Of a DNA stretch of 63,142 nt, positions 59,057 to 63,142 are shown in pieces; position 1 is the first letter of the stretch; each line of letters starts with the position of its first letter. The stretch comes from Actinomycetota bacterium (GTDB lineage: Bacteria > Actinomycetota > Geothermincolia > Fen-727 > Anoxymicrobiaceae): the NCBI GenBank assembly GCA_020062425.1, contig JAGUWJ010000022.1:1-63142 (forward strand), read 5' to 3'. The translations under genes and the position numbers were made by a program. The notes beneath the pieces are model-generated. The model had not been told where the DNA came from. It did no database searches and saw only the letters and a list, made by a program, of their open reading frames with translations.

Positions 59057-60251
59057 CGAGAGAGAGTGTTTCTACGGGGGCGCCGCAGGAGGCGGGAAGT
59101 CCGAGGCCCTGCTCATGGGAGCCCTTATGTACGCGGACACTCCCGGATACAACGCGATAATCTTTCGGCGCACATACGCGGACCTGGCACTTCCGGGCGC
59201 CTTGATGGACCGGGCGTGGGAGTGGCTCGCAGGGACGGACGCGAAGTGGGATGAGAGGGACAAGACCTGGGCATTCCAGAGCGGCGCCACGCTGACGTTC
59301 GGGTATCTTGCTACTGAGAATGACAAGTTCCGGTACCAGTCGGCGGACTTCCAGTTCATAGCATTCGACGAGCTGACGCAGTTCACGGAGACACAGTACA
59401 CATACCTGTTCGGCAGGCTTCGCCGGCTGGTCACCAGTAAGATTCCGGTCAGGGTCCGCGCGGCCTCGAACCCTGGAGGCCTGGGGCACGAATGGGTGAA
59501 GCAGAGATACATCATCGAGGGCCCGAAGAAAGGCAGGCCCTTTATCCCGGCCAGGCTGGAGGATAACCCCTACCTGGACCAGGAGGACTACGAGCTGTCA
59601 CTGGCCGAGTTGGACCCGGTGACCAGGGCACAGCTACGGTACGGGGATTGGGAGATAACAGCCGCCGGTTCCAAGTTCCACCGGGAGTGGTTCGAGATAG
59701 TGGACCAGGCCCCGAATGAGGGCGAATACTGCCGGTACTGGGACCTGGCCGCGACAGAACCGAAGAAGCCGGGGGACGACCCCGACTACACGGTGGGGGC
59801 GTTGCTCTGCCTGCACGATGGCATCTGGTATGTCTGTGACATCAAGCGGGACCGCCTCACCCCCGGAGGGGTGAAGAAGCTGGTCAGACAGACCGCCGAG
59901 CTGGACCGGCAGGACCATCCGGGAGTGCGGGTGGCCATGGAGCAGGAGCCCGGCGCATCAGGGAAGAGCGAGATCGACCGCTACCGCAGAGAGGTCCTGG
60001 TGGGCTTCGACTTTCGCGGCAGAAGGGTGTCTGGAGACAAGGAGCTCAGGGCCAACCCTGTGAGCGCGGCGGCAGAGGCCGGCAACGTGAAGCTGGTGAG
60101 GGGCCTGTGGATTAACGACTTCCTGGACGAGCTGGTCCTGTTCCCCCAGGGAGCGCACGACGACCAGGTAGACGCCACGAGCGGCGCCTTCTCCGAATTG
60201 GCGGGGCCGCGCCTGGCGAAGGGTGGAACCATCCGAAAGAGGAGCAAATGA
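58998..60251 (+). CDS. terL: terminase large subunit
   Basis: Walker A GGAAGGGKSE, Walker B IAFDELTQF, and a C-terminal RNaseH-like nuclease (DDQVDA). The start is uncertain (58869 or 58998). Confidence 0.9.
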   Translation: MNPLIPHEPTSKQARFLTLSERECFYGGAAGGGKSEALLMGALMYADTPGYNAIIFRRTYADLALPGALMDRAWEWLAGTDAKWDERDKTWAFQSGATLTFGYLATENDKFRYQSADFQFIAFDELTQFTETQYTYLFGRLRRLVTSKIPVRVRAASNPGGLGHEWVKQRYIIEGPKKGRPFIPARLEDNPYLDQEDYELSLAELDPVTRAQLRYGDWEITAAGSKFHREWFEIVDQAPNEGEYCRYWDLAATEPKKPGDDPDYTVGALLCLHDGIWYVCDIKRDRLTPGGVKKLVRQTAELDRQDHPGVRVAMEQEPGASGKSEIDRYRREVLVGFDFRGRRVSGDKELRANPVSAAAEAGNVKLVRGLWINDFLDELVLFPQGAHDDQVDATSGAFSELAGPRLAKGGTIRKRSK

Positions 60252-61762
60252 AAGACCTCACAAAGCTATCGACCGCCGCTTATCCGCCAGAGCTGAAGAT
60301 TCTGCGGGACAGCGAACGGGAACGCATCATAGCCTGCGCGAAGGCCCAGGCGTATTACGACCAGAAGTTTTGGGCCTACATCGTCGAGGAAGAGCGGTCC
60401 TGGGAAGGAAAGACGCTCTTCGAAAAGCAGGCGACGGACTACTTCTCACCGAGAGACGAGGAGCTGGACTACACGCCCACGAAGCTGGAGCTCGGCTACC
60501 CGAAGTACTTCATCGACGAAATGGCCTCTTGGATGTTCGAGAACCCGGTGGGGCTGAAGGTCACCAACCCCGACTACCATGAGGCGCTGAGGAGAATCCA
60601 CCGCTCCAACCTGGTCGATGAGAAGTTGATGCAATCCGCGCAAGAGGGGTGCCTCACGGGCGGCATAGCGGTGAAGGTGCTTTATGTCCCGGGCCTGGGG
60701 GTGCGGCTTATATTCCGACCTTCCCGCGAGTGCTTCCCGCTGATGGACCCTGATGATGCTGACGTCATGAAGAAGGTGCACTTCTGCGCGTACCTGGACG
60801 ATGACGAGCACATCTGGAAGCAGACCTTCGAGCTTGTGCCCTGGGGCCAGGGGCAGGCCTGCAAGGTCACGGAGGCGATATACCACGTGAATTCGCTGGG
60901 GAGATCGAACCCCGTGCCCGAGAAGTCGGACCAGGAAATCCTCCACAACGGCGACCGGGCCATAGATTTTATACCGGTGCAGTTGATTCCGAACGAGCCG
61001 AACCTGGGGGATGTCTGGGGGAAGAGCGACCTGGAGCCGCTCTACTCTCCTATCAATGAGATATGCCGCAAGACGTCCGACCTCGGGGACGCGCTGAAGT
61101 TCGAGCTGTTCCCCATAAACATCCTGAAGAACGTCCTCGAGAGCGAGGTGGACCAGTTCGAGATACGCCCCGGGGCCCTGTGGAACCTGGTGGACGGCGA
61201 CTCCGAGCACCCCGCGTCCGCGGACAAGCTCGAGAGCTCCATGGCCAACGCGGACCACGTGAAGCAGTACGTCGATATGCTGAAGGAGGCCCTGCACCTC
61301 TTCAGCGGCGTGCCCCAGACCACCAGGGACAAGGTGGACGCGACCGGGCAAGTCTCGGGAGTGGCCTTGAAACTCATGTTCACCGCGATAGTGAGCAAGA
61401 GTAGCCGCAAGCTCAAGTACTGGCTACCCCGGCTGGAGAGGATGTACGATTACGCGCTCCGCACCGCCAGCACCTATGAGGGGCTGGATTATGACCCGGA
61501 GGAATTCGACCTCGAGGTGAACGCCGTACCGCGAGTCCCCCAGAACGAGATGGAGGAGCTCGAGAAGCAGGCGAAGAGGATAGAGATGCTGGTGGCCAAG
61601 GTGGTGACCGTCCTCCAGGAGCAGGGGATAGAGGACCCCGAGGAGTACCTGGCCGAGGTCCTCACCGAGCGCCGGCAGATAGAAGATGCTTTGAACCCGG
61701 ACATCTACGGCGCGGCCATAGAGCAGGAGGCTGAGTCATTCGAGGAGGAACCCGAGGAGTGA
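60248..61762 (+). CDS. phage portal protein (SPP1 gp6-like)
   Basis: 504 aa. ATGA junction with terL. The position and size, plus an acidic C-terminus, are typical of portals. Confidence 0.8.
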   Translation: MKDLTKLSTAAYPPELKILRDSERERIIACAKAQAYYDQKFWAYIVEEERSWEGKTLFEKQATDYFSPRDEELDYTPTKLELGYPKYFIDEMASWMFENPVGLKVTNPDYHEALRRIHRSNLVDEKLMQSAQEGCLTGGIAVKVLYVPGLGVRLIFRPSRECFPLMDPDDADVMKKVHFCAYLDDDEHIWKQTFELVPWGQGQACKVTEAIYHVNSLGRSNPVPEKSDQEILHNGDRAIDFIPVQLIPNEPNLGDVWGKSDLEPLYSPINEICRKTSDLGDALKFELFPINILKNVLESEVDQFEIRPGALWNLVDGDSEHPASADKLESSMANADHVKQYVDMLKEALHLFSGVPQTTRDKVDATGQVSGVALKLMFTAIVSKSSRKLKYWLPRLERMYDYALRTASTYEGLDYDPEEFDLEVNAVPRVPQNEMEELEKQAKRIEMLVAKVVTVLQEQGIEDPEEYLAEVLTERRQIEDALNPDIYGAAIEQEAESFEEEPEE

Positions 61763-62733
61763 CCTGGGAGCAGTACATGATGAAGGCCCGGCGCGAAGCC
61801 GTACTGGGCCTCAAGAGATACGACAAACAGCTCGGCACCATCTATCGGAGGTTGACGGATGAGGTCCTGGACGTCCTTGACTCGGCGGCTGGAGCTCGAC
61901 GGTGGCAACAGCGGCAGGTCATTAGCGCCCTGGCGCAGGCGGCGAAGGCGTCTGGTCAGGAGGTTGAAGGACTTATGTCTCGGGCCCTGCTCGACGCCGG
62001 TAGGCCGGTGGTCAAGTACACCGCTCAGGGCCTGGGGCCATACGAGGCCGCCATGGGAGAGGCCGGCCTTCGCGTAGACATGGCCACGGTCCTGTTCAGG
62101 GTCCCCCAGGAGGCGGTGGCCGTTCTCCACGCGCGGACCTACTCGGACGGACTGTACCTGTCCGACCGGATATGGAATCTGACCAGAAACTCCCAGAGGG
62201 GCCTACAGAGGATGGTCATAGACGGGCTTGCGAAGGGCCTGCACTATGACGACCCCAGGCTGGCGGAGCAGGCCAAGAGGTTTCTCCAGCCGGCGCGCCT
62301 GGGGAAGAAGGTCAAGCCCCAGATAACCCGCACCCTGAAGGACGGCACGAAATACACCTTCAGACAGAGGCCGGTCAGTTTCGACGCGGCCAGGCTTCTG
62401 AGGACCGAGTACATGAGCGCCTTCCGGGAGGCCGGCTCTATATGTGCTGAGAAGAACCCGGCCTGCGAGGGTGAGCAATGGCTCATCTCGGAGTTCCATC
62501 CGGACATCGGGTGCGCTTGTGAGGACTATGCGACTCACGACGAGGGCCTGGGGGAAGGCGTTTACAAGGTAGGTGACCTGCCGATAACGCCGCACCCGAG
62601 TTGCCTGTGCACTTCCCAGCAGGTGACGGTGTCCCTGGACGAGTTCATGGGGTGGTGCCAGGACTACGTGAACGGCGAACGGAACCAGATCGCCGAGTGG
62701 TGGGATAAGTACGGGATGGAAATGGCGGCTTAA
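61759..62733 (+). CDS. head morphogenesis protein (SPP1 gp7 / Mu F-like)
   Basis: GTGA junction with the portal gene. C-terminal CACEDY...HPSCLC motif characteristic of the family. Confidence 0.75.
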   Translation: MTWEQYMMKARREAVLGLKRYDKQLGTIYRRLTDEVLDVLDSAAGARRWQQRQVISALAQAAKASGQEVEGLMSRALLDAGRPVVKYTAQGLGPYEAAMGEAGLRVDMATVLFRVPQEAVAVLHARTYSDGLYLSDRIWNLTRNSQRGLQRMVIDGLAKGLHYDDPRLAEQAKRFLQPARLGKKVKPQITRTLKDGTKYTFRQRPVSFDAARLLRTEYMSAFREAGSICAEKNPACEGEQWLISEFHPDIGCACEDYATHDEGLGEGVYKVGDLPITPHPSCLCTSQQVTVSLDEFMGWCQDYVNGERNQIAEWWDKYGMEMAA

Positions 62734-62811
62734 AGCAACCCGCGCGAGCGGTTTATATATTCCCCAGGGTCCCCAGAGCGGGGGCCTTCTTAGTACCAGA
62801 GGAGGTACATC

Positions 62812-63142
62812 ATGGCCGAACCTAACGATGAGGGCCAGGAGCAAGCGCAGGAGGAAGGCCGGCAGGCCGCTTCTGAGCCAGCTTCAGGTGCCAATTGGGA
62901 GGAGAAGGCAAAGCACTTTCAGTCCATAGCGGACAAGAGAGATGCAGACCTGAAAGCCTTGCAGGACAAGGTCAGCAAAATGGAGGAGGAGCGGGACAAG
63001 AAGCGAGAAGAGGAGCTCAAGGAGCAGGAAAAGTTCCAGGAGCTTTACAACGAGGCGAAGGCCAAGGCCGAGTCCCTTGAAAGGGAGAAGGCAGGCCTCG
63101 ACCTACGGGTGAAGCTACAGGACCATCTCTCCAACGAGCACC
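62812..63142 (+). CDS. scaffolding-like coiled-coil protein, 3' partial at the window end
   Basis: ATG follows AGAGGAGG. An acidic N-terminus, then Lys/Glu heptad-like sequence. The ORF is still open at 63142. Confidence 0.55.
   Translation, partial: MAEPNDEGQEQAQEEGRQAASEPASGANWEEKAKHFQSIADKRDADLKALQDKVSKMEEERDKKREEELKEQEKFQELYNEAKAKAESLEREKAGLDLRVKLQDHLSNEH

Larger units (their letters stand above)
48000..63142. mobile_element. integrated temperate phage (prophage), left end at the tRNA, right end beyond the window
   Basis: An integrase next to the tRNA 3' end, followed by a lysogeny switch, recombination, replication, terminase, portal and head genes, all in one orientation. Confidence 0.85.

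Noticed and set aside
48000-63142. A search by eye for an attR copy of the tRNA 3' end inside the window.
   Set aside because: No repeat of GTTCGAGTCCTGCTGGGCCCACCA or of the following 60 nt was seen. The window ends in head genes, so the right prophage end must lie beyond 63142.

Overview
This is a high-GC chromosomal segment. Hand counts of a few 60-nt lines give about 58-77 percent GC in core genes. It probably comes from an anaerobic, deep-branching actinobacterium, judging by an unannotated 30-aa bS22 ribosomal micro-gene, a DUF3068 protein, a Lys/Ala-rich histone-like tail, a leaderless-type promoter, and Hdr, Feo and Acs. The segment ends in a tRNA-flanked prophage.

1-32.8 kb holds housekeeping and anaerobic metabolism genes: trmO, cca, hdrCBA (a tandem-duplicated HdrA with a histone-like N-tail), an aminotransferase, a homocitrate/isopropylmalate/Re-citrate-synthase-family enzyme, an amidase, a REC-PAS kinase with a CheY-like regulator, a DUF362 Fe-S protein, a feoA-feoA-feoB-feoC-dtxR operon with a palindromic operator, a Zn-ADH, acs plus satP, pabABC behind a terminator-like leader, ppa, xylB, a class II aldolase, fpg, and an RCK K-channel with an aberrant selectivity filter.

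32.8-43.4 kb holds a 1042-aa REC/multi-PAS/GAF kinase, a GDT1-family exporter, and the most interesting locus. That locus is a tightly coupled minus-strand operon of a small protein, a DUF3068 protein, a B12-binding radical SAM enzyme, a corrinoid protein, an MtaA-like methyltransferase and a DUF1638-like histidine kinase, preceded by a promoter and a cobalamin-riboswitch-like leader.

43.4-47.9 kb is a low-GC islet (about 42-50 percent in sampled lines). It carries a 7TM sensor kinase and an ornithine/DAP-type decarboxylase fused to an uncharacterised GNAT-like C-terminal domain.

47.9-63.1 kb starts with tRNA-CAT and continues as a prophage that runs off the window. The prophage encodes an integrase, a CI/Cro switch, a Cas4-like exonuclease plus Erf, a replication module, nucleotide-modification-type genes, an HNH nuclease, a radical SAM plus methyltransferase-like pair, terS/terL, a portal, a head morphogenesis protein and a scaffold.

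No CRISPR array, rRNA or transposase was seen. All family assignments come from motif recognition by eye and need HMM or structure confirmation.
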